From Magallana gigas (taxonomy: Eukaryota), in NCBI RefSeq assembly GCF_963853765.1, contig NC_088853.1:15624001-15688000 (forward strand): 64,000 nt of DNA, read 5' to 3'. Each line of letters starts with the position of its first letter. The first letter of the stretch is position 1. The notes beneath the pieces are model-generated. The model was not told the DNA's origin. It did not search any database and was given only the letters and a program-made list of their open reading frames with translations. The translations under genes and the position numbers were made by a program. This document shows, one piece after another, positions 39,801 to 50,178 of the stretch.

Positions 39801-42800
39801 GTTGGTCGTTCAAAGAGGTTCCCTTGAACTTCGCAGAGGAATCAAATACGCCCCGGATCTGGTGAGGTTTCTGAGGGTGGTAGACCCCGAAGAGAGGAAG
39901 AAACCACTGCTCCTGCGTTGACTTGGAAGTGGGTGCTTTCTCAGCATGATCGTTGTCGAACAGCTTTGTCATAAAGGTCGCAAAGTGTTCCTTCTTTACT
40001 GGATCCCTCTTGAGACTTGCGTCCAAGGCTCGTGCACGTCTCAATGCAACCTCATAGTTGTTTGGTAGTCGTAATCTTGGTTGGCGGAAGGGTAGGGGAG
40101 CTACCCACTTTCCATCCTCACCTATCAATAGTTCTTTGTTCATGATGTCCATAAACATCCTATCTTCCACTGATGATCCCACTTTGTTATCATCTGGTGT
40201 GCGTCTGAATAAGTGTTCATCAGATGAAGTGTCAGATACCCGTAATCTGTTTGTCACATCTCTGGTTGGAAGCTTCTCTCTCACGGATAAGTACTGGGCA
40301 CATGGTTCAAGAATAGTTCCACGTCCGCTGTCCGTGATGAAGGTCTTGTACACATTCGCAGCTCTTGGTCTGTGTTGTCCAGACAAGCATGTGTCGCCGA
40401 TGATCGTCCAACCAAGGGGTGACCTCTGTGCAAATGGTTCGTGGTCACGTCCTATGCGCTGCTCAAGAACATGGTGGACTTGAGGAAGGTCTCTTCCTAT
40501 CAGCAACAGAATTTTTCTTGAAGCGTCAATGGGTAGGATGTCGCCGGCTATATCCCGCATGTGCTTGTGCTGAAGAGCAACGTCAGGTGTAGGGATCTCT
40601 TGGTAGTTGTTCGGTATTTCATCACACTCTAACGTGCACGGCAAGGGTAGTCTGGTCTCACCCCTGGCTGATTCAATATAGAGTCCTGAGGCAGTTCTCC
40701 CGAAGGTTGTCACTTGTCCAGAACATGACGTCATCAGGTAAGGTATTGTCTCTGTATTGATGTTCAGCAAGTCAAACAATTCCTTCTTAGCCAAGGTCTT
40801 GTTACTCTGGTCGTCAAGCATAGCATACAGAGAGACAGCTCTTCCATCATAGGTGACAGTCGCGGGAACAATTCTTGCACAAGATTTTCCCTTAAATTCC
40901 TTCCCTACTTCTGTGCAGTTGCTGTTTATGGTTGTGACGTGCTGTTCTTTTGTTACTTGCTGACGCCTAGGAGCCTCCTCCCCGCCATGAACTGATGAGG
41001 CCCTTCCAGTGGTAGGAGCTGGTGACGAATCAACATGGAGAGACGTAGTGTGGAACTCACTTCCGCATTCCTTGCACATGATGGCCTCTTTACAGTCTTG
41101 TTTCCTATGACTTGCGGAACAACACCGAAAACAGAGTCTGTGTTCACGGAGCAACTTCATACGTTCTTCAATAGGCTTGGCCTTAAACACTCGACAGTTA
41201 TTGACACTGTGTTTAACACCCGGACCGGTGTGAATTATACACACATCAAGCTTCGGCTCGTTCAGATTTCCGGATCCTGTTGGTTGATACACTGTGGTTT
41301 TCTTCGTGTTCACTCTTCCCCTTGGAACGTTCATAGGCTGCTTTTCGTTGTGGTTAGCGTCAGTGTGATACGCAAAACTTGGGTCGTTTTTCACTCTGCT
41401 CATCTCCTTCATGAAGTCAACAAACACACCAAAGGGTGGAAACACAGTCTGATGTTCAAGCTTGTACTTCATGGCTCTGTTGGTCCATTTCTCCTGCAGG
41501 CCATACGGAAGTTTTGAAATGATGGGTCTAATCCCTGAGGATGAGTCTAGATAGGCCAACATTGCACTGTACTTCGGATCCTCCTTCAAAAACTTCATCT
41601 CCATAAGAATGTCTGACAGATCGTAAAGTTTTTGATGATCTCTGTTGCCAAGCTTTGGGAAACTCAACAGTTTGGCTCTTACGGATGCTTCCACATGTTC
41701 TGGTGCACCATAGCGCTCATCCAACCTTTCCCAAAGTCTTCTTAGTCCTCTTGAGATGTCGAAGATGTTGGATGTCCTCATGCTTGTTGCGTGCTTCTTA
41801 GATTCCGGACCTAAGTACTTGATAAGAAGGTCCATCTGCTCGGAGTCCAAGACTTGAAGCTCATTCACTACACACATAAAGCTGTGTTTCCAGGCACTGT
41901 ATGATTCTGGTCTATCGTCAAAGTGAGTAAGTCTGGAGAATAGCAAGTCCTTCCTCAGGAGGAATCGGGTAACATCAGTTACTTGTGGTCCCTGATCAGT
42001 CACAAGTGGTGATAAGGGGTGTGAGGCAGCCACATACGGTTGTGCGACAGGCACGTGAGGGTGTGCGGTAGGCACGTGAGGGTGTGCGGCAGGCACATGA
42101 GGCTGTGCGTCAGGCACATGAGGCTGTGCGGCAGGCACGTAAGGTTGTGCGGCAGGCACGTAAGGTTGTGCGGCAGGCACGTGAGGCTGTGCAGTAGGCA
42201 CGTACGGCTGTGCGGCACGCACATAAGGCTGTGCAGTAGGCACGTACGGTTGTGCGACAGGCATGGACGGCTGTGTGTCAGGAACCAAAGGCTGTGCTGC
42301 AGGTACATAGGGTTGTGCATCCGGGTCAAGTTGAGTCGGATCGGAAGTACCGGTCAGTAGTCCTGGCGATGCAGAAGGTTGACGTGGAGTGGATTGATCC
42401 TGTCCTGGTTTAAAGTTGCTGACTTCGCCTAAGGAACTCGTTCGTCTCTTCATAGGTGACATCTGTATCATGGTCGATTCAAAGGCTTGACAATCAGCTT
42501 CAGCTTCTGCAGCCTCTCTCTCGAGATGTAGCATTTCCATTGCAGCATCGAGTTCCACTCGTTGTTTCCTGAGCTCCAATTCTCTGGCGGTGTATGCCAT
42601 CCTAGCCTTTGCTCGGCTTACATCAGCCCTCTTCTTCGCTAAGATGTCGGCAAAGGAGTCCTCATCCTGATAGTACTCTTCCTGATACTCCTCTTCATCT
42701 TGTGTGACGTACTGCCTCTTGCCATCAGTCGTCTGTGATTCCCGGGCATCCTCTGTAGGGTCAGGAGTGACCTGGGTGCCCTCTGTTGAGTCGGGAGTGA

Positions 42801-42822
42801 TCTGCTCTGCTGAGGTAGACAT
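36898..42822 (-). CDS. BEL/Pao Gag-Pol polyprotein (~1974 aa from the first ATG): DUF1759-like Gag, zinc knuckles, aspartic protease, RT, Pao RNase H (peptidase A17-like), integrase
   Basis: Motifs CFRCCSASHRKQDC, AMLDDQS (protease), RGVFDSS / ADVQHMF / FYVDDGL (RT), YADASEKA / IPRLELCAA (RNase H), HQGRH...CVTC, GVDIFGP / SDRGTNF / GGAWER (integrase). The track's GTG start at 42849 lies inside the LTR; the first ATG is at 42822. Confidence 0.96.
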   Translation of the reverse strand: MSTSAEQITPDSTEGTQVTPDPTEDARESQTTDGKRQYVTQDEEEYQEEYYQDEDSFADILAKKRADVSRAKARMAYTARELELRKQRVELDAAMEMLHLEREAAEAEADCQAFESTMIQMSPMKRRTSSLGEVSNFKPGQDQSTPRQPSASPGLLTGTSDPTQLDPDAQPYVPAAQPLVPDTQPSMPVAQPYVPTAQPYVRAAQPYVPTAQPHVPAAQPYVPAAQPYVPAAQPHVPDAQPHVPAAHPHVPTAHPHVPVAQPYVAASHPLSPLVTDQGPQVTDVTRFLLRKDLLFSRLTHFDDRPESYSAWKHSFMCVVNELQVLDSEQMDLLIKYLGPESKKHATSMRTSNIFDISRGLRRLWERLDERYGAPEHVEASVRAKLLSFPKLGNRDHQKLYDLSDILMEMKFLKEDPKYSAMLAYLDSSSGIRPIISKLPYGLQEKWTNRAMKYKLEHQTVFPPFGVFVDFMKEMSRVKNDPSFAYHTDANHNEKQPMNVPRGRVNTKKTTVYQPTGSGNLNEPKLDVCIIHTGPGVKHSVNNCRVFKAKPIEERMKLLREHRLCFRCCSASHRKQDCKEAIMCKECGSEFHTTSLHVDSSPAPTTGRASSVHGGEEAPRRQQVTKEQHVTTINSNCTEVGKEFKGKSCARIVPATVTYDGRAVSLYAMLDDQSNKTLAKKELFDLLNINTETIPYLMTSCSGQVTTFGRTASGLYIESARGETRLPLPCTLECDEIPNNYQEIPTPDVALQHKHMRDIAGDILPIDASRKILLLIGRDLPQVHHVLEQRIGRDHEPFAQRSPLGWTIIGDTCLSGQHRPRAANVYKTFITDSGRGTILEPCAQYLSVREKLPTRDVTNRLRVSDTSSDEHLFRRTPDDNKVGSSVEDRMFMDIMNKELLIGEDGKWVAPLPFRQPRLRLPNNYEVALRRARALDASLKRDPVKKEHFATFMTKLFDNDHAEKAPTSKSTQEQWFLPLFGVYHPQKPHQIRGVFDSSAKFKGTSLNDQLLSGPNLTNSLLGVLLRFRKEMIAVVADVQHMFHCFTVREEHRDFLSFLWYKDNEIGTELTEFRMKVHVFGNSPSPAIATLGLRKISELSEESHGPDVKEFIKRNFYVDDGLTSCSTSQEAVDLMRRTQDALKQYGNLRLHKFASNSADVMKAFEPRDLAQDIYDLNLDEDQLVQRSLGMRWNLSSDMFEFRISTDDKPTTRRGVLSTVNSLFDPLGFLSPVIISGKLILRDVVTCTSDWDEPLPDHILASWEEWSSSLKELEKIHIPRTTVVHLSKAVRKELWTYADASEKAIAAVSYMKVYYEDGSAMTGFLLGKSKVAPVSGHTIPRLELCAAVLAIEISQIVMDHMDIMFDSVKYFSDSRVVLGYIHNDKRRFFIYVSNRVEKIRSLSEPSQWNFVPTHLNPADEGTRGVVPKDIGECAWLRGTTHLQRIDDETKAEGFPLQEPLSDREVRPVCLKTECEPMLGTQRYEKFSSWDRLVEGIALLQRFIISRKGGKSQILPKSIDYSQRAENYIIKTVQREVYCEEIYCLRSKQPLPKNSSILALSPFLDDDGIVRVGGRLRHLNDATVCKNPILIPGKHHIATLLVRKYHQLVQHQGRHFTEGKVRSCGFWVTGCKRLVSSLIHKCVTCRRQRGSFATQKMSDLPTDRILPGEPPFTSVGVDIFGPWDVVTRRTRGVPANGKRWAALFTCLVTRAVHVEVVEEMSASSFINALKRFTAIRGQAKEYRSDRGTNFVGATDPLQIDAINVEDRQVKDFLHSRGTTWIFNPPHASHMGGAWERMIGLTRRILDNMLKDHSAQGLTHEVLTTFLAEASAIINSRPLTAVSSDPDSPFVLTPSILLTQKTDVPTEAVCDTTAKDLFKVQWKRVQHLAKMFWDKWKKEYLHTLQARKKWHHGQRNISVGDIVLLKDVETHRNNWPLGRITATFPGKDNLVRKVEVRVSKDGKTTSYVRPVTELILLLEN
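42018..42320 (-). repeat. 21-bp coding minisatellite in gag (~14 x AQPYVPA heptads)
   Basis: Protein reads AQPYVPA AQPLVPD TQPSMPV AQPYVPT ... AQPHVPA; the DNA period is 21. Confidence 0.9.
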
Positions 42823-42836
42823 CCTAGTCTTTTTAC

Positions 42837-43414
42837 TGTTCTGCCCCAATAAAAGTCGGACTCACAAGTGTCGGTGAAATCAGTTTATTTGGGAGACAGA
42901 TAACCGTCTCAGACGACGGTAAAAAGCTGTAACAAAAAAAAAGTAACAATCAATGACTGGTACAGGTTTCCATACAAAAAATATTAGGACAGAGTTTGCA
43001 ATTAGATTATGAAACCTTACACATATGATTTAAACAGTTGAATTCAGTCTATTCATATGATAAACAGCAAGTTAAAGTAAATTAATCAACTGCAACTCGA
43101 AATTAAATGACCAGAAATATGATGGACAAAATGGCGCCCCATACACCGAGCACATGGTAAACATAAAATACAAGATTTCAAGAATATGCATCGCTTAGCA
43201 TTACTGACATGAAACATACAGATAATTCACATAAAAATATGTTGAAATAACCTAGTTTACAAATGTCAAAAGACTTACACTGTGGATTACAAGCCTCGAT
43301 ACAGAGAATCAGAGTTGTGCATACATCGAGTATGGCGCGGTTTTCCAACATAAAAAATTAAGTCGTACGACAAATCTTTCGTAACAAAAAATAAAATGTA
43401 CACGAAACATGACA
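42837..43414 (-). repeat. 5' LTR of the BEL/Pao element, with predicted internal splice donors and an acceptor
   Basis: Donors AGT|GTAAGT (43279/43278) and TGT|GTAAGG (43021/43020); acceptor TTTTTTTTGTTACAG|C (42927/42926); YY1-like CGCCATTTT. Confidence 0.93.
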
Positions 43415-43721
43415 TATATCCAGCATTATACAATAGAAAGATAACGCTAGACCCCTATGAGTAGCATATATCAACACTCCCGACTTTCAAAATCACTTTC
43501 AAATTACCGAGAGTCCTTGTCAGATAGGATTAGCTACGTCTCACTTCACATAGCTTAAGTATCTTAGCCCATGCACCTGTCAAGTGCCATCGCTTTTTAA
43601 ACGTCCCTTTATTTCAAAGAAAGAATGTACTTTTTAAATCAAGACAACTGGAAAGCTTTACAGAGCTTTGTGGTTTTACCATATTCAAAGGTAACTCAAA
43701 TATGACTTGATGGTAATCTAG

Positions 43722-43960
43722 ACATGTCTGAGTGGTATAATAATATGACTGAGTGGTAACTCAAACACGACTGACTGGTAACTGAACATGTCTGAGTGGT
43801 AACTGAAAAATGACTGAGTGGTAACTGAAACTTGACTTAGAGGTAACAAAAGCACTGAGTGGTCATAAATTTGTTTCTGTCTTTCAGTCGAATGAATGGT
43901 AACTGAAAAGTAACCGGCAGTCACCTTGTCAATTACCGTTCCCGGATAATTCAATTACAA
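43722..43960. repeat. Degenerate ~22-bp tandem array (GACTGAGTGGTAACTGAAACAT-like)
   Basis: Visible periodic units; paralogous to 27965-28150. Confidence 0.7.
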
Positions 43961-44103
43961 TTCAGATACCATGGGGTCCACCAAAAGTCAGATTTAATGT
44001 TGTAACTTTTAAAAAATAAATTGTCAAGTAGTAAGAATATAGCAAAATTGTTTAAACAAAACAAAACATTTCTTTGCAAGCTTCTTTTTTATTAAACTAA
44101 GGC

Positions 44104-47100
44104 TTATTTGTAAGAATTCGATTGACAAATGCTGGTGCATGCTGACAAAGTTTCAAAGTTGTTTGCATTCCCACAGCATCCTCCGTAAAAGAATGTTTCG
44201 CATCGCCCTGTTCTTCTGTTAAAATAATAACGTAGAATGCGTGCTTTGCAAGGTCCAGCTACTACTGGCAGCTCACAGCGGGAAGATAGAGGTCGCTCAA
44301 CTGAAATCAAAAAGTATACAGCCTTCGGTAACATATATGGACTTGTAATATTAACTGCGCATTGTACTCTTGCAAAGGACTTAGTCCTGTTGTTTGACTT
44401 TAATTCTCCAAAAATTTTAGGAGGCCGATTTGGGGTTTTTTGCGAAAAAACTACAATAGCATAACTCTTTATTTTTTAACCATATGTAATTTAAACCAAC
44501 TCTAGTTTATATGCGAAGGTTCATGAAAATCGACCGTCTGGTTCTTTTTAGGGACCATCTATAAATAGAGGTACATTTACTATAGGAATATATAGGAAAC
44601 TGTCATTTTCCGCACATCAAAGCAGTTTTAAAAAATACTACAATAGCTTTTTTCTGAAATTGTTATATATGATAAGTAATATCATTTCCTACATTATAAG
44701 TAAAAAACACAAAATTCTGCCGTCTGGTTTTTAGTGGGGGCCATCTCAAAATATTAAAATGCACCAAATTTTGCTATATATTTGGATCATCACGAATGAT
44801 GATTGGTATAATGGATTCATTCCAAAAATAAGGAAAATATCCTCGAGGATAGCATCATTCTGTTTATAAAATTTCAACAGCGTACAATTTTTACTTTTTC
44901 TTTTATGTTATTTCTTATAACGTACTCCTACAAAGCTTCATTTTATCATAACGTCATAAAAGCGCAATGGAAATGCTCCCCTACCGCACAACGTAAAAAT
45001 CGTATTAAAAATAAAAATTTCCTTTAAAAATCTTAATATTTTTATCTGTATTTTGTTTATTGTGTTCAATTTTATAAATGATATCGAAAAAAAATCATAA
45101 GCAGTATAAAACAACTATATTATATTAGAATGCGCAGTAACATGCGCAATGCATTCTAAAGTCGGCCTCCTTAAATATTTTCGCTTTTAACCTCACATTC
45201 TAGAACCTTCTAGAAAAGAATGATTGCTAGGATTATTAAAGAATCGACTATTTGCAGGTACATGTCTTGAATTACAGCTAATTTGTTTCATGTTATAATA
45301 TTCTACTAAGAGGTAACAAAATTAAGTGTAGTTAATTGCTAGACTGATTTCCCTTAATGAACGTTACGCCACTGAATTGTATTGAGTAAATAAGCCTTCA
45401 AAGTTAATGTTTGGTTTCTCATTGGTTGATAGCAAAGTGTTTTTCAAACGAAGAAATGCTTTTCTATGTCTTGTCATTCGGTCGGGAATTTTTTTCTTAT
45501 GGGTTGATAGCAAAGTGTTATAGACTTGACATTTTGTAAACAGTTATCAATTAATCTGTTAAGTTTAACACAAAAACAAAACTCATAACTTGATATTCAA
45601 TGAACTCTCTTTCGAATGAATTGTTAAGTGTTGTCATTTGGTCGGGGTTTTTTTCAGAGTTATTTTACAACTAAACCACATAAACACTGACAAAGAGAAA
45701 CAAATCTGTCCATTGATATAACTCTTTTGTATTATTTTTGTTATCTGTTGTTATCTATTTTAGATAAAAAGCAGAATTCACCTTTCAAATTATTTTTCTT
45801 TTAATATATATTCATATTGATTGTCTAAATTTCTATATCAGCGTTTTATCACACACCTTTCTGTATAAGTATGCAAATTTTAGGGTTTTGTTTTCCTGAT
45901 ATAGCATAAAGGTAAGCAAATAAAGTCTAATTTCAAAGATTACGTTACAGATTACGAAAAAAATTCATAATCACTCTTTAAAACCCATCATATTCTACAT
46001 TTTGTTTTACTAGGTGTACAATCATCATTTTATACCTGATGTATAGAATAAGGGTAAAGAGATTAAGACATACCTGGCCACTCAGTGACCCCCGGAGGAA
46101 CACACATATCTCTGCACCCGCATCCCCATGAACAGCACTTGTAGTCTGTAACGAAAATTTAGAGATATTATTTTTATATAAAAAAAAATTAAAAAAAACA
46201 ACCTTTTGACATATGCCCATTAAACACACAAATACCAAGCATTGTAGAAAATGATAAACAGCATGGTAGGATTGACTTTTTTAAAAACTTTAAAAAAAAT
46301 TAAAAAGGTTGATTTTCAAAATCATTCAGAACATTCATCAACCATAATTTAGAAAAATAATTATTAAACATTTAACTGGTTTTTTTAAAATAGAAAAGGC
46401 ATAATTATCAAAATATATATCTTTAACTCTGTATTAACCTTACGGGTTCACCTTTCTATAAATAAGATGACGTCAATTGGAAAAAAAGAAGGAAAACTTA
46501 CTGCTGGGACATTCACCGTCATGCCCACACCTGATGTTGTTAAGATTACAATCACAGGGGGAGATCATCTGTAGGTTACATTGTCCAGGTTTGGTCCTTA
46601 GTCCATAGGGACAGAAGGGGGCAGGGAAAGGCGATCCTGTATTCTGACCTTGTGCCTGCTAAACAAATCAAAAAGGTCAACAAAGGTTAAATTAATGTTA
46701 GATAACAACGATTTAATCTGACATTACATCCTGAATTTGTTAACCTCAATTAACTTCAATATAAGCACATAATGGGTTTTGTTTTAACCTATCAATCTTC
46801 ATGAAAAGAATAATTTTTATATTCGCAGTTAATCTAAGCATTTGTTGAGTTTTTTTTTTTTTGGTTTGCTTTATCGGATTATATTTGAAATAACTTTAAC
46901 TTTTTTGCAAGAAAAAAAATTGCATCGCCGATAAAATCAAAGCCCAGAATAAATATTGGAAATTAAAAGTATTCAGAATTCTGGCAGGGTTTTTTCCTGT
47001 CTGAAACTTTTCGAGAACTTTCAATGATCTGAAAATGTTTTCAAAAAACGCTACGTTTAAGATATTTTCAACGTGTTTGTTTCGGCTTTTTATGTCAATT

Positions 47101-48151
47101 ATCTAATTAAGCATTATTTTCGATGCCGTTTAAAATTTTGACCCTAGATACCATTAGCTTGATCAACTGTAAACATTGTCATAAAACGTACTTAAAACTC
47201 TACTTAAGAACTAAAATAAAAGTCGTACAACACAAAGAAGGTTATTAAAGGAAAACTCTTTTACCTCTTAAAAATTTTAAATTTCAACCACATGATCATT
47301 AAATATTTGCAAAAGATTTGGTGGTAACAAATGGAGCTAGAAAGGAAGAGAAGGAAGTGGAGATAATCAGTGTAAATGTAAGTCTCTTTAATACAAGTTT
47401 TTTTGTGAAATAAAAAATATCGTTAAATAAATATAGGATCTCTCATTGTTTGCGATGGTAAATGATTTTTATCCTACGAGTTGTGTGTTTTCTATCCCCG
47501 AGCCTTGGCAAGGAGAGAGACAACACACAACGAGTTGGATAAAAATCGTATACCATCGCAAACCATGAGAGATTCTTTTTATCACATGTTTTACCATGTC
47601 TTTTATTAAACCTCAATCCTTTCTGTAAAAATTATAATTGTGAGCCGCACAACACATCTACTGCAAGACGTCAACAACTTTACGCATGGAAAAAAGTTCC
47701 TTGAAGATTAATAAATGAAAATTTCATTTTCGAGCATTTTTATAACAATTCATGAAAAAATTAAAACAGCATTAAATGCTTTACATTTAAAACTCCACAC
47801 TTCAACTAAATTTATTTTTGAATTTTTCATTCTACGTCAATCAACAGCCTTAACCTACGTAATGTTTAAATATGACGTCACGTGGCGTAAGAACACACAG
47901 TGGAATATTAAAAATTTATCCCATGAGTGATATTCATCGTATATTGAGATAAACATGTAATAAATCTTGATTATAAGCACTTGAATAAAAAATATTCATT
48001 AAGTGACAAAAATAACACTGCTTAAGGTTTTAATTTATTTCATGAAAAAAGTGTACTAAAATTACAATTTTATGATTAAACCCGCACAAGTTAAAGTAAA
48101 AATGATACTTACCAATGCAAAAAGGAGAGTACATATCACAATCAACAGCAT
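44104..48151 (-). CDS. Secreted WAP + Kunitz protease-inhibitor-like protein, copy B (153 aa)
   Basis: Exons 48151-48113 (MLLIVICTLLFAL), 46655-46502 (AQGQ...TKPGQC...CDC...RCGHDGECPS), 46145-46074 ([24 protein letters not shown]), 44300-44104 ([48 protein letters not shown]...*). Phases are consistent; total 462 nt. Confidence 0.9.
47436..47575. mobile_element. Palindromic MITE in intron 1 of WAP-Kunitz copy B
   Basis: GGATCTCTCATTGTTTGCGATGGTA...GAGTTGTGTGTT pairs with AACACACAACGAG...TACCATCGCAAACCATGAGAGATTC. Confidence 0.7.
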
Positions 48152-49800
48152 GTCTACGAATCTAAGTTTCTTAAGTGAATGAATATTAAAAATTCTTTGC
48201 CTTTTTAAGTTTATATTTTCGGGATTTTTTTATGAATCATTCAGGTCAGTCATAAAGCACAACAACCATGAATTATTCACATGCAGATTATATACGTTTA
48301 ATGTTTTGGCAAAAGAACAAGATCTTAATTAGTTAAAAACTATTATGCAACAGCAATTAAGGGCAAGATGGACATCTATTATTTTTCCAGTTTTCGTCAA
48401 GGACAGCATTTTTTTCCCCAGAATTAATGACTTGCGTAGATGAATTCAATGTTAATTATTCGATTTCCTTGCTAAATCTTACAAGTGCAACGTAGCATAA
48501 ATTTTAACAAGTGTTTTAGAAAAAAAAGTACATCATAAAATTCCCTTTTCAAACCACATTTAGTTTAGAGTACAAGAATAAGTAACAAGGACGAAATGTT
48601 AAAATTAGCCCGTAATGTAATGCTTAATTAACATAAGAATATTCTACGTTTTTTCACCCTTGTCTTAAAAATGTGTTACTGAGGGACATGTGCGGATCCA
48701 GAACATTATCTTAAGAATGATTCTGTTTGACAAGGCGTGGGGATCGAGGCCTATTTTCAGTCAATTTACTACGCTAATTCAAATAATTTAACCCCCATGC
48801 GACCTCTTACATCCGCGTATAAGGGACAAAAGTCATTAAATTATATATATAAATGCTTTTATGCTAAAAGAAGTTAAAGAGAGGATGTCTAGAAGATCAC
48901 TGATTACTATCGATCGGGTTCATCTTTCATAGATGAATTTTAATAAGAATAAACATTTGCAAGCTAATTGTTATAGCTGAACAATAATAAAGTTTATCCT
49001 GATATATTTCAGATCATCGTGCTCAACCTTAAATAACTCGTATCCAATGACCCATGCTATCAAACAGGAATAACAGTTAGGAAAATAAAATAAAATTGTC
49101 AATGAACTGGTGAAATGGACTTGCAGAGATTAATTCAATGTTAATTAATTGGTCTCCTAAATGAATTTTACACGTGCAATTCATATAAATTTTAAACAGT
49201 TTTTTAAAGAGTTTTTAATAAAAAAAAAAAACTCCCTTTTAAAAAAATAAAAAGTTTTATTGGCTTTATTTTTGTAGATAATTATGATAATTAATTTATT
49301 ATTTAATTAATTTAATTCATCAAGTCACAAAAATAAATACATGATTTATTATTATTACATAACTGCTTGAGAAATGTAGATGGTTACAAAACAATCAACA
49401 TTAATTACTTTCAGTTCATAATAATTATTGTCAGAGGTAGGAGTTTGTAGTTGAACGCAAATCGTTTCAACAAAAAAATGAGGGAGAAAGACACAGGACA
49501 GAAAATGTTATGTAGAGATAACAATTTTTTTCTGTATACGTGATTGTGTTCAGTCTTTCATCCATTATAAAAATGCTATTTTTTAAAATATTCTAAAAAA
49601 AAAAATAAACAAGTATAAAATCTGTATGAAATTTAGAATTTTCAATCATTCATATTTTAATCCATTCACAATACGTTCTACTACTAATAATTATGCACTG
49701 TTATTTTATTTTCTTGGTTTATTAGCTCGAGAAATAATAGTCATGCATATATATATATAGAAAATGTATAACGTTTTCATGTATAAAAAACGAAACGTAC

Positions 49801-49839
49801 TATTGTCAGAACCAAAGCAAATACTAGATTCAACAGCAT
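49801..49839 (-). other. Extra signal-peptide exon (paralogue of exon 1 of the WAP-Kunitz genes); alternative first exon or orphan
   Basis: ATG...MLLNLVFALVLTI|GTACGT, 39 nt, phase 0. The downstream sequence 49430-49800 resembles intron 1 of copy A (33730-34095). Confidence 0.65.
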
Positions 49840-50032
49840 TCTTAATGTATTCATTGATTCTTTAAAACAAAAAAGGTCCCGTTACTTTTAGACTTCGAAG
49901 TTGTGGCTTTTGAAGAAATATACCGTGTCTGAATTTTTTTTAAATGAAAAAAGACAAGTTTGTTGGGCTAGATCCGGTATCAATTTATACATGTGTTTTC
50001 TGTTACGTTTGCATACAATACGTTTAAAATGA

Positions 50033-50178
50033 GATTCTCCATCATGGCTATACCTCACGTTGTTTTGATCACAGTCACAAAAAGAACCCATCTATAGGCT
50101 GCATTGTCTGGGTTTGGTTCTAAGCAAGACTGGACAGCTAGGGGCGGGGAAAGGCTGCGCAGGGGTCTTACCTTGAAC
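50033..50178 (-). pseudogene. Dead WAP exon-2 paralogue
   Basis: [48 protein letters not shown]: TAG at 50092-94, two Cys lost, 3' end and donor gone. Closest to copy A exon 2. Confidence 0.85.

Larger units (their letters stand above)
36256..43414 (-). mobile_element. Full-length BEL/Pao LTR retrotransposon, very recent insertion
   Basis: 578-bp direct repeats with TG...CA ends (minus strand). 5-bp TSD TATAT at 36251-55 and 43415-19. Short PPT CAGACGGGGAG before the 3' LTR. Single gag-pol ORF with Pao-type domain order. Confidence 0.96.

Noticed and set aside
37074-42360. Numerous 60-170 aa ORFs overlapping the BEL ORF, including Cys/His/Arg-rich ORFs at 42000-42360
   Set aside because: Alternate-frame or antisense shadows of a GC-richer coding region and of the 21-bp repeat; no recognisable motifs.
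42823-42849. GTG start of the 1983-aa ORF given by the track (MGQNSKKTR)
   Set aside because: It begins inside the LTR and covers the putative primer-binding site; the ATG at 42822 is the more plausible start.
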